Of a DNA stretch of 46,238 nucleotides, positions 28,463-36,800 are shown piece by piece (the first letter of the stretch is position 1; each line of letters begins with the position of its first letter). The translations under genes were made by a program, and so were the position numbers. Below the pieces are notes generated by a model. The model ran no database searches, was not told the origin of the DNA, and was given only the letters and a program-made list of their open reading frames with translations. This DNA is from an uncultured Akkermansia sp. (GTDB lineage: Bacteria > Verrucomicrobiota > Verrucomicrobiia > Methylacidiphilales > Verrucolacustridaceae): contig CAZURF010000001.1 of assembly GCA_964623555.1 (NCBI GenBank), positions 1,617-47,854 on the forward strand, read 5' to 3'.

Positions 28463-28924
28463 TTAGCGCGAGATATCGCCCTGACCCAGGAGGCGGTATC
28501 CCCCGCGGCTCAGGACTTGGGCGCCCAGCTCGTTGTCGTCCAGGTTCAGGCAAAGGGCAGACCGCCCCTCCGGGCGCACCAAAAACCCGTACGTCGTGAG
28601 GATGTTGATTTCCGCTTCCAACAAGCCGCTAAGCATCCGGGGCAAATCGGTTCCCGCCTCCAGTTCCACCGCCACCACGGTGGACTCCGTGTGGGCCACC
28701 GCCTGTTCGTGAAAAATCGCCCGCGCGGTGTCCGGATCATCCACGACCATCCGCACAATCGCGCTGTCGGTCGTGTCGAGAATCGTCAACGCGACCACGT
28801 GGACATGGCGGCTCTGCAAAATCCGGATGAGCTCCAGAAGCCGGCCGGCCTTGTTGGCCAGGAAGATGGAGAACTGCCGGATCGGATCCGCCTGTTTTTT
28901 CCGGACGGGCGTGGAGGTCGCCAT
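28463..28924 (-). CDS. Tandem ACT-domain protein
   Basis: QFSIFLANKAGRL and IVRMVVDDP, followed by a second ACT-like repeat (LLEAEINILTTY). Confidence 0.85.
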   Translation of the reverse strand: MATSTPVRKKQADPIRQFSIFLANKAGRLLELIRILQSRHVHVVALTILDTTDSAIVRMVVDDPDTARAIFHEQAVAHTESTVVAVELEAGTDLPRMLSGLLEAEINILTTYGFLVRPEGRSALCLNLDDNELGAQVLSRGGYRLLGQGDISR

Positions 28925-28930
28925 GGGAAA

Positions 28931-28959
28931 ATCCTACCCCTGCCCGTCAGCCCCGCCAA
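28931..28959 (-). promoter_or_regulatory. Putative internal sigma70-type promoter, leaderless geometry, for ACT-mqnC
   Basis: TTGGCG-17 nt-TAGGAT-6 nt-ATG(28924). The -35 box lies in the 3' end of the upstream gene. Confidence 0.55.
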
Positions 28960-30512
28960 CCCAGGATCACCTTGGCGGTGTTGCGCCCGCTGGCCCCGAA
29001 CACCCCTCCTCCCGGGTGGGTGCTTGCACCCGTCAGATACAGGTTCTTCATCGGGGCGCGGTAGCAGGAGATTTCCGGCAACGGCCGGAACATGAACATC
29101 TGGTCCAGGCTCATCTCGAAATGCATGACGTTTCCCCGCAACAGGCCCAGGTCACGCTCCAGGTCCAACGGGGTCTGGATATACCGCCCGATCATCTTCC
29201 CGCGCATGTTGGGGGCGTACTGGCAGACGAGTTCATAAAGTTTGTCCGCCTCCCTCTCCCGGATCGCATCCCAGTTCTCCCCGTTGCGCAGCTCATAGCT
29301 GTGGTACTGGGCCCAGGTGAAAAGCGTGTGTTGGCCATCCGGGGCCAGGGACGGATCGATGGAGGAGAAGGTCATGGCCACCACACTGGGCTCGGCCGGC
29401 GGACGGCCGGCCAGGTAGTCGTGGTAGCTGCTGTCCAGCATCGCCGCATTCCGGCAAAGCAGTTGCATGGCGGAATGGTATTCCCGGGGCCGCTTTCCGT
29501 CGTGGGCTTGCTTCCCGTAAACCGGCAACTCCTCCACCGCATGGCGCACCACCATGCCAAACCCGTTGCCAATCCTCGCCTTCCCGATTCGCTCCCGGAG
29601 GTCTTCCGGCCCGTCCTCCAACAGCTCGGTGAAAAAGGTTTTCAAATGGCAGGCTGCCACCACCTTGGTCGCCTCGAAGGATCTTCCACCCGCCTCCACC
29701 TCCCAGCCGGATCCGTTCCGTGATACGCGGCGGACCGGATGCCCAAGAAAAACCTCACCCCCGTGGCGCTGCAGGCACTTGACCAGGGCGGTGCTCAGGG
29801 CCCCGCTCCCGCCCTTGGCCCGCTTGGCCCCGCCCCGGTGGATCATGGCGTTCCACCCAAACATGTCGCCGCTGGCGACTTCGGCCGGCGCCGGACCGCT
29901 TTGGGCGGAAAGCCAGAGCAGCGCGGTCCGCAAGTGCTCGTTCTCAAACGTTTCCCGGATGACCTCCCCATACGGCGCCATCAGTTGCCGTGCAGTGTCG
30001 AGGCTCGACCACAACCGTCGCGACTTCGGCCGGAAAAGGTTCCGTTTTACAATGGTTCCGAAGAGACGACCGGGCGAGGGCGGGGCCAAAAAAGTCTCAA
30101 AAACACCCTCGTTCAGCTCCGCCCACCGCTCCACATAACGCCGGTAGGCCTCGGCATCCTTCCGGCTAAAACGGGCGATGCTCGCGCAAGTGCGCTCCAC
30201 GTCGCGGTAGAAGGAAATCCCCTCCTCGGTCCCATCGACCGGGTAGTAGGCCCAGGGATCCATCTCGATGTATTCCAGTCCTTCCCGGGCCAGCTCGAGT
30301 TCCGCGACCACCGGGGTGAGATGAATCATGATGTGCACGGAAGAGCCCACATCGAAGCGGAAGCCGGGGACCAGGTCGTCCCGGGTGCAGACCGCCCCGC
30401 CGGGCAGATCCCGCTTTTCCACCACGGCCACCTTCAGACCGGCCTTGGCCAGGTAGCAGGCACAGATCAGGCCGTTGTGGCCCGCCCCGACAATCAATGC
30501 GTCGTAGCGCAA
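28947..30512 (-). CDS. crtO: FAD-dependent phytoene-desaturase superfamily oxidoreductase, CrtO-type carotenoid ketolase-like
   Basis: GAGHNGL, WLSAQSGP, RIGNGFGM, FTWAQY, GLLRGNVMHFEMSLDQMF and LTGASTHPGGGVFGASGRN resemble Deinococcus-type CrtO as I recall it. TTG start with GAGG upstream. Confidence 0.72.
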   Translation of the reverse strand: MRYDALIVGAGHNGLICACYLAKAGLKVAVVEKRDLPGGAVCTRDDLVPGFRFDVGSSVHIMIHLTPVVAELELAREGLEYIEMDPWAYYPVDGTEEGISFYRDVERTCASIARFSRKDAEAYRRYVERWAELNEGVFETFLAPPSPGRLFGTIVKRNLFRPKSRRLWSSLDTARQLMAPYGEVIRETFENEHLRTALLWLSAQSGPAPAEVASGDMFGWNAMIHRGGAKRAKGGSGALSTALVKCLQRHGGEVFLGHPVRRVSRNGSGWEVEAGGRSFEATKVVAACHLKTFFTELLEDGPEDLRERIGKARIGNGFGMVVRHAVEELPVYGKQAHDGKRPREYHSAMQLLCRNAAMLDSSYHDYLAGRPPAEPSVVAMTFSSIDPSLAPDGQHTLFTWAQYHSYELRNGENWDAIREREADKLYELVCQYAPNMRGKMIGRYIQTPLDLERDLGLLRGNVMHFEMSLDQMFMFRPLPEISCYRAPMKNLYLTGASTHPGGGVFGASGRNTAKVILGWRG

Positions 30513-30519
30513 AAGAATT

Positions 30520-31722
30520 TTACCTCGTGGCCGAAGCGAATGTTCCGCCCGTCTTGGATTTCAGCCGTGCGGTGAAGCGTTCGATCCGTTCCGCCGCCAC
30601 TTCCAAACGCTCCAGGGAGGTGGCGTAACTGCATCGGACAAAACCCTCCCCGCCGGGGCCGAACGCCTCGCCCGGCACCACCGCCACCCTCTCTTCCTCC
30701 AGGAGGCGCATGGCAAAATCACGGGCCGACAGGCCCGTGCCGCGGACATCCACAAAAAGGTAAAAGGCCCCGTCGGGCCGCACGGAAGGCAACCCCGCCT
30801 CCTGCATCCGTCGCCGGAGAAAATCCCGGCGGAGCCGGTACGTGTTCCTTGCCTCCTCGGTGATGGCATCCGCCTCCTTGAGCGCCTCGGTGGCCGCCTC
30901 TTGGCTGGGCGTGGGCGCGCAGAGGATCGCGTACTGGTGGATTTTCATCATGGCCTCAATCAACGGGGCCGGGGCGCAGGCGTAACCAATCCGGAAACCG
31001 GTCATGGCGAAGGCCTTGCTCAGCCCGTGCAGCAAAATTGTCCGATCCCGCATGCCCGGACGCGAGACGATCGACTCATGACGGCCTTCGTAGGTCAGTT
31101 CCGCGTAAATCTCGTCGCTGATCACCAGTAGATCCCTCTCCACGCAGACCCGGGCCAGAGCATCGAGGTCCTTCCCCTGCAAAACCGCTCCCGTGGGGTT
31201 GGTCGGAAAATTCAGGAGAAGGACTTTGGCCCCGGCGGCGGCGCGGGCCACTTCCTCCGGATTCAGGCGAAAACCCTGTTCCGGCCGCGTGCGGATGGCC
31301 CGGCCGCGGGCATGGGCCAGGGCGATCGACGGCGCATAGGAAACATAACAGGGTTCGTGATAGATCACCGTCTCGCCGGGGTTCAGCACCGCCCGCAGGG
31401 CCAGGTCGATCGCCTCGCTCACCCCCACGGAGACCAAAATCTCGGTTTGCGGGTCGTAGGCCGGCCCGAAGATTTTTTCCACATACCGGGCAATCTCCCG
31501 TCGGAGCTTCAGACTGCCGAGGTTGGAGGTATACCCCGTCCGGCCGTGCTCCAGGGCGTAGATCGCCGCTTCCCGCACTCCCCAGGGAGCGGACGAGTCC
31601 GGTTCACCGATCCCGAGGGAAATCACATCACCGCGTTTTTGGACGAGCTCGAAAAAATCGCGGATTCCCGAGCGGGGAACGGCCCGGACGTGATCCGCCA
31701 GAAAGTCGCCCGGGTTTTTCAC
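30520..31722 (-). CDS. PLP-dependent aminotransferase class I/II (YugH/AlaT-like)
   Basis: SGIRDFF, SLGIGEPD, NFPTNPTG, SDEIYAEL and PLP-Lys motif GLSKAFAMTGFRIGY. Confidence 0.93.
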   Translation of the reverse strand: MKNPGDFLADHVRAVPRSGIRDFFELVQKRGDVISLGIGEPDSSAPWGVREAAIYALEHGRTGYTSNLGSLKLRREIARYVEKIFGPAYDPQTEILVSVGVSEAIDLALRAVLNPGETVIYHEPCYVSYAPSIALAHARGRAIRTRPEQGFRLNPEEVARAAAGAKVLLLNFPTNPTGAVLQGKDLDALARVCVERDLLVISDEIYAELTYEGRHESIVSRPGMRDRTILLHGLSKAFAMTGFRIGYACAPAPLIEAMMKIHQYAILCAPTPSQEAATEALKEADAITEEARNTYRLRRDFLRRRMQEAGLPSVRPDGAFYLFVDVRGTGLSARDFAMRLLEEERVAVVPGEAFGPGGEGFVRCSYATSLERLEVAAERIERFTARLKSKTGGTFASATR

Positions 31723-32198
31723 GGTGAAACCGAAAGTCTTTCCGCCCGTTCGTCCTCCAGAAACAACACGCCGGCCTCTTTGTAGGTTTTCAGCTGAAAA
31801 TGGGTCGCGGTGGAGATCACTCCCTGGATGGTGGAAAGTTTTTCCGCCACGAACGTGGCCACCTGCTTGAGGTCGGGTCCCTCCACCGTGATGAGAAGAT
31901 CATAGCCCCCGCTCATCAGCTGACAGGAGACCACCTCGGGATAACGGGCCACGCGGGCCGCGATCCGGTCAAACCCCCCGTCGCGCTCCGGCGTGATGCG
32001 CACTTCAATCACCGCCCGGACCCCTCCGTGCCCGATCCGGTCCGGATCCAGCACCGCGCGGTACCCGAGAATAACCCGGTCCGACTCGTACTTTTTCAGG
32101 GCCGCCTCGACCTCCTGGGCGGTCTTGCCGGTCAGACGCGACAGCTCCTCCACGGAGGCACGCCCCTTCTCCTTGAGGATCTGAAGCAGGGCGTCCAT
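31719..32198 (-). CDS. Lrp/AsnC family transcriptional regulator (YugG/AlaR-like)
   Basis: N-terminal HTH, VILGYRAV, LMSGGYDL, VAEKLSTIQGVISTATHF. GTGA overlap with the aminotransferase. Confidence 0.92.
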   Translation of the reverse strand: MDALLQILKEKGRASVEELSRLTGKTAQEVEAALKKYESDRVILGYRAVLDPDRIGHGGVRAVIEVRITPERDGGFDRIAARVARYPEVVSCQLMSGGYDLLITVEGPDLKQVATFVAEKLSTIQGVISTATHFQLKTYKEAGVLFLEDERAERLSVSP

Positions 32199-32230
32199 GA
32201 ACGGGAAACGGGGCGACGCCGGAGACCGGC

Positions 32231-32611
32231 TTACGGAACGAGGAAGATTTTACCCGTGTATGGGCACTTCACTTCCGTGCCCGGGGCAAAACCCTTCACA
32301 TCGACGAGGCCGGCATACGGAGCGTAAGGACTGCGAACCATCCCCGGCTTGCCGGAGACCTTTTCCCCCTTCGGATAGCTCGCCTTGGCCGGGGCCGACT
32401 TTTCCGTGCTGTCGGGCGGCGTCCAGGGTCTCTTTTCCTCAGTCGCGGCCGTGGAGGGCTTCGACTCATCCGCCGGTTTGGTCTCCGCGGAGGAGGAGGC
32501 GGTCGTATCACCGTACGTGGTGGTCACATCGGTGGCGTTGTCCGGCACGGTGCAGGCGGACAGCAGCCCGGCGGCGGCCAGAACCCATAGGTTTGCGCTG
32601 GAGAACTTCAT
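32231..32611 (-). CDS. Lipoprotein of unknown function with a disordered linker and compact C-terminal domain
   Basis: Lipobox LLSA-C, Thr/Ser/Pro-rich linker, C-terminal [12 protein letters not shown]...VDVKG...[13 protein letters not shown]. Start at ATG 32611. Confidence 0.8.
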   Translation of the reverse strand: MKFSSANLWVLAAAGLLSACTVPDNATDVTTTYGDTTASSSAETKPADESKPSTAATEEKRPWTPPDSTEKSAPAKASYPKGEKVSGKPGMVRSPYAPYAGLVDVKGFAPGTEVKCPYTGKIFLVP

Positions 32612-32620
32612 GGAAATCAA

Positions 32621-32649
32621 AGAATAACCGAAGCCGGCCGAAACGGCAA
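32621..32649 (-). promoter_or_regulatory. Putative sigma70-type promoter for the lipoprotein gene
   Basis: TTGCCG-17 nt-TATTCT-9 nt-ATG(32611). Confidence 0.55.
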
Positions 32650-32656
32650 TCCCGCC

Positions 32657-34660
32657 CTAAACTTTCGCAAAAGACAGTTTGATCCGGAATTCCGCCTTTT
32701 CCTTGGGCTTCAGATCGACGTGTTGCCCCACCAAGATTGCGTTGCCCTGCCGGATGGGCCCTTCCGGCCCCGCCTCAACATCGAGAAGCGGATAGCCCCA
32801 GGCCATCGGAAGATTTTCCGTCATCACCCTGACTTCCATGCCGTCCACACAGCGCGCGGCCAGCCCTTGGATCCCCGTCGCCTGCCAGGCCTCCCGGTCC
32901 GTCTTTTGCAGATCGCCGAACTTGATCTTGCCACGGCCGCCCTGGTCGGGACCAAGATTCAGGTTCAGCTCGGTCGCAAACACCGCCTCCAAAGGCAAGG
33001 TGCCGGTGTTGGTCAGCTGATAGGAGACCTCCACCACGCCGCTGGCCGCGTCGATGGCGTAAACCTTGTCCAGCTGGCAGGGTTGCCGCAGTCCCATGCG
33101 GTAAAGACCGCCGTCCCGGAATAGCTCGATCGTCACCCGGCTGCCGGTTTGCCGCATCTGCCGCAGCTGGAACGGCTGAAGGATGAAATCTCCCAGCTCC
33201 GGGTAGGTGCCGGCCGCGAGCTGCTCCACCGCCGTTCCCCGGGCAAAGAAATGCTCCTGGAAAATATTCCGGTCATACCAGTCCGTGACGGGCGGCGGGG
33301 CGGAGTTCGTCCCCTCGTCCCTCCGGGTGAGCACGTTCCCGAGATTTCGTCCCAGGGTCGGGAACCCCAGCTCCAGACAGCATCCTCCTTGGTGCGGCGC
33401 CACGAGCAGGGTGAGGCCGGGATGGGCCGCGGAAATTTCCAGCTGTCCATCCGCGTCAAAATCCTCCCGCAACAGTTCCGTTTCCGCCTGCCCTTCCCGC
33501 AGGTCCGCCTCCGCCTGTAACAGCTCCTTCCAGATCGCCTCCCGCAGGTGGGGCAAATGCAGCCCGCCCCGTGTTCCGTGCCACATCGCCGTGGAGGATT
33601 GGGCCCGCCAGAGTTTTTCCTGGACCGCCCGCGCCTTGGTCAACTTCGCCTTGGCACGGAGACGGCGCCCAAGGGCGAGGTTTTTGCGGTAGATCATGTT
33701 CACCTCGCTGTAGCGGACACGGAAGGAAGCCCAGGATCCTCCCCGGAAGAACGGCAGCACTTTGGCGGCATCGTAGCGCTGGCCGAGCTGGGCCCGTTCC
33801 CGGAAAAACTCCCGGCGGGCGGCGCCGGGCAGGGACCATCCGCCCAACTCTGCCGGGGTGCCGGGGGGCAAAGCCACCCGCCCTTTGGGTGCCTGCCGCT
33901 TGATTTGGGCGCGGCCGGTCAGCGTGTTGATCCAGCCGGCGGACTCTTCCAGCTTCGTGAAAAGGGTGTCGAGATACCCGGCGGTTCCGGTCGGCAAGGA
34001 GGGCCAGGTTTCCAGGCTCGCCGCCAGGGTCAGGGTAACGTCCTCCCCGCGGTTGGCGATCCGGCGAAGATGTCCGAAAAGATCATCCCACGTGGCGTGG
34101 GGAATGAGCCGGGCGAGATCGGGACAGGTGGGAAACACCGTCAAAAGATCCCCGGCCTGATCCGTCACATAGTGGCCGTTTAATTTCGCGGCGGAAATCC
34201 CCGCCTGCAGGAAGAAAGACCCCTCGACCGGCGCATATTGGATTCCCGCCCGGTTGAACGCGCCGCACAAGGACGGCCCCCAAACCCCCTCGGCCAGCCA
34301 CGCCCCCGCCGGTTCGGCCCCCAGCCGCTTCTTGAGCCAGGACGTCATCATCGCCAGTTGACCGTCCCGGTCATCTTCCGCCCACTCCACCAGAACCGGC
34401 TCGTAAAAACCCCCGGAAAGCATCTCGACCCGCCCGGTCGCGGCCAGCTCCTTGATTTGGACGATCAAATCCTCATGCCGTTCCGCCAGCATCTCCATGA
34501 GCACACCGCTGCAGTGCAAATTGACCGCGACGCCGGGGTGTTTTTTCAAAACATCCAGGACGGGCCGGTAGGTCTCCTTCACGATCCGGTCCACCACCTC
34601 GGGCAGGTTCCCCAGGGGTTGATGCATGTGCAGACAAAGGACGAGGTTGACGTTTTTCAT
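32657..34660 (-). CDS. GH57 4-alpha-glucanotransferase-like protein (GH57 + DUF1925 + DUF1926) with a degenerate active site
   Basis: HMHQP, GRVEMLSGGFYEP, WLAEGVW, GGSWASFRVRYSEVN, WHGTRGGLHLPHLR, EDFDADG, ELGDFILQPF. Start taken as ATG 34660. Confidence 0.85.
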   Translation of the reverse strand: MKNVNLVLCLHMHQPLGNLPEVVDRIVKETYRPVLDVLKKHPGVAVNLHCSGVLMEMLAERHEDLIVQIKELAATGRVEMLSGGFYEPVLVEWAEDDRDGQLAMMTSWLKKRLGAEPAGAWLAEGVWGPSLCGAFNRAGIQYAPVEGSFFLQAGISAAKLNGHYVTDQAGDLLTVFPTCPDLARLIPHATWDDLFGHLRRIANRGEDVTLTLAASLETWPSLPTGTAGYLDTLFTKLEESAGWINTLTGRAQIKRQAPKGRVALPPGTPAELGGWSLPGAARREFFRERAQLGQRYDAAKVLPFFRGGSWASFRVRYSEVNMIYRKNLALGRRLRAKAKLTKARAVQEKLWRAQSSTAMWHGTRGGLHLPHLREAIWKELLQAEADLREGQAETELLREDFDADGQLEISAAHPGLTLLVAPHQGGCCLELGFPTLGRNLGNVLTRRDEGTNSAPPPVTDWYDRNIFQEHFFARGTAVEQLAAGTYPELGDFILQPFQLRQMRQTGSRVTIELFRDGGLYRMGLRQPCQLDKVYAIDAASGVVEVSYQLTNTGTLPLEAVFATELNLNLGPDQGGRGKIKFGDLQKTDREAWQATGIQGLAARCVDGMEVRVMTENLPMAWGYPLLDVEAGPEGPIRQGNAILVGQHVDLKPKEKAEFRIKLSFAKV

Positions 34661-34667
34661 GCGGGCG

Positions 34668-36800
34668 TCAGACAAACCAGTTCTTCATGTCGTGGGTGCG
34701 GTTGGGACCGGCAAACTCCACCAGCCCCCGTTCGGGATAACGTTCCGCCTCCATGCCGCCACGCAGAATTCGCACGAGATAGCTTACTTCCGCCCCGTCG
34801 TTGCGCCATCCCAAGGAAGCGAATGGAACCCGGAGCTGCAGCCCCCGTTCCCCGTGAATCTCAGCCTCCGCCGGGACCGGCTCGAAGGAAACGCCGTCCC
34901 GGGTTCGGCTGATTTCCACCGACCAGCGGCTCTCCCGGTGGATGGCCCGCAACCGGACCGGGGCAGGCTGGTTGAAATCCACGCAAATCTCATCCCCGAC
35001 CGGGCTTTTCCCATCCAACCGGAGATAAAAATCCTTTTCCCCAAAACCATACAGGATGGTCCGGATCCTCCGGTCCCCCTGCGCCATCGCCCCCTGGTCC
35101 CGCCAGGCGTCGTACTTTCCTGCGCCCGACCAGTCCAAATAGCTCGGCCGCGGACCCAGCTTCGGCTCGATCGCCCGGACCGGCGGATGCCCCAGACGCA
35201 TCTCCGCCGCGCAGATGGGAACACTCAAGGCCGGCGGGGGGGTGGCTCCCAGCCGCCGGTAGACGTTCTGCAGCCGTGTGCGGAACAGCGCGTCAAAAAT
35301 TAGGTCGCTGTCGGTCTGGAAATCCGGCCCGTACCACCAGAACCAGTCGCTTCCCTCGGCGGCATAGAGGTCCTCCCAGGCCGCCTTTTTCGTCTCCTCC
35401 GGCAAATGGTTGCGGCTTTCCGCCTGCTTGAGAAAGTCCCGCGTCCGCTTGATCCAGTCCCAGGCCCGGTTCTCCTCGGGGTCCCCGATCCAGATGTCAA
35501 AGTTTCCGCCGATCCAAGAGCCCGAGTGGATGCGTCCCGCCGGCGCACCCTCCTTGCCGTCCAGATACCCTCCGAGGGTTTGGGTGCGGATGCGCTTGGA
35601 TCCCGCCAGTCTTTGGTAAAATTCGTGCAGGAAACTTTCCCCGCTGTCGGGAAAAGCCTCCCAGGCGTTTTCCCCGTCCAGCGCCAGGGTGATCACCCCG
35701 TCCTTGGGCATGACATGGGCAATATGCTCGATGTGGACCAGGAGATAATCCGCCGCCGCTTTCGGCTCGGTCCTTGCCGCGGTGAAACCGATGTAATCGG
35801 AAAGCGGCCGCTCCCGGAACAGCGCCTTCAGTTTGGCCCCCTGTTCCTCTACCCGCCACGCCTGAAACAGCTCCACATGGTCCACCTTCCGCCCCTGCTC
35901 CTCCAGTCCGCGAAACAGCACCGCTTCGTCGGTGCAGAAATACTCGAAGCCGGCCTTGGCCATCAGGGGGATGACCTCGGGACTGACCGAACCCTCCGAG
36001 GGCCAGAGCCCCCTCGCCTTGCGGCCGAACACGCGGGTGTGCGACTCCTGCGCCCGCTGCAGGTGGGCCAGGGCGTCCTCGGGGGCCTGCAGCCGGTCCG
36101 GCAAACGGGCCCACGGCATCGCCCTTTTGGCCGCCTCGGTGTCCGCCAAGAGCGGCAGGATCGGGTGATAAAACGGCGTCGTGGTCAGCTCGACCTGCCC
36201 GCTCTCCGCCAAGACCCGGTATTCACCGAGGATGCCCTTCAACATTTCCTGGTGGATCTGCAGCACGCGGCGCTTCTCTTCCTCGGTGAAATCCCGCCCT
36301 TTTTTGATCAACTCCCCCAGCTCGGGATACCTTTGCCGGGCGGCAAAACCGCACCAGCCGAGATTGAACCACACCTGCAGGTCCCGCAGGTCGGCCTCCT
36401 TGAAACGCTTCAGGTTATGGGAAGAGCCGGCCCGCCGCCCCCGCAGATCCAGCAGTTGCCGGTAGCGCGGATGCGGGTCGACGCAGGTGTGCCAGTTGAT
36501 CTTGAAAAAATGCTCCAGGATTTCCGCGCGCTCCTTCTCCCTCAGCTCCTTCGCCGGCTTGGCGGCCAGATCGCCCCATCGGTCCTTCACCTTTCCCTCG
36601 GCCATCTGCTCGATCTGCTGAACCAGCACCGGGGTCAGGTTGAAGTTCAGTTTCACTCCCGGATGCCGCCGGGCCATTTCCGCCATGTCCGCGTAGCCGC
36701 GGACGGTGTGCAGCCGCACCCACGGCATCAGCACTTCGCCGGTCGCCGCGTCCACGTACGACGGCTGGTGGAAATGCCAGAGCAGGACGACGTCAGCCAT
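34668..36800 (-). CDS. GH57 amylopullulanase-type glycoside hydrolase
   Basis: WHFHQP, MPWVRLH, PFYHPILPLL, nucleophile WPSEGSVS, acid/base LDGENAWE, GSWI, AEGSDWFWW. Confidence 0.92.
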   Translation of the reverse strand: MADVVLLWHFHQPSYVDAATGEVLMPWVRLHTVRGYADMAEMARRHPGVKLNFNLTPVLVQQIEQMAEGKVKDRWGDLAAKPAKELREKERAEILEHFFKINWHTCVDPHPRYRQLLDLRGRRAGSSHNLKRFKEADLRDLQVWFNLGWCGFAARQRYPELGELIKKGRDFTEEEKRRVLQIHQEMLKGILGEYRVLAESGQVELTTTPFYHPILPLLADTEAAKRAMPWARLPDRLQAPEDALAHLQRAQESHTRVFGRKARGLWPSEGSVSPEVIPLMAKAGFEYFCTDEAVLFRGLEEQGRKVDHVELFQAWRVEEQGAKLKALFRERPLSDYIGFTAARTEPKAAADYLLVHIEHIAHVMPKDGVITLALDGENAWEAFPDSGESFLHEFYQRLAGSKRIRTQTLGGYLDGKEGAPAGRIHSGSWIGGNFDIWIGDPEENRAWDWIKRTRDFLKQAESRNHLPEETKKAAWEDLYAAEGSDWFWWYGPDFQTDSDLIFDALFRTRLQNVYRRLGATPPPALSVPICAAEMRLGHPPVRAIEPKLGPRPSYLDWSGAGKYDAWRDQGAMAQGDRRIRTILYGFGEKDFYLRLDGKSPVGDEICVDFNQPAPVRLRAIHRESRWSVEISRTRDGVSFEPVPAEAEIHGERGLQLRVPFASLGWRNDGAEVSYLVRILRGGMEAERYPERGLVEFAGPNRTHDMKNWFV

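Noticed and set aside
32218-32230. GCCGG-N3-CCGGC hairpin after the lipoprotein stop
   Set aside because: The stem is only 5 bp with no adjacent U-tract, too weak to call a terminator.
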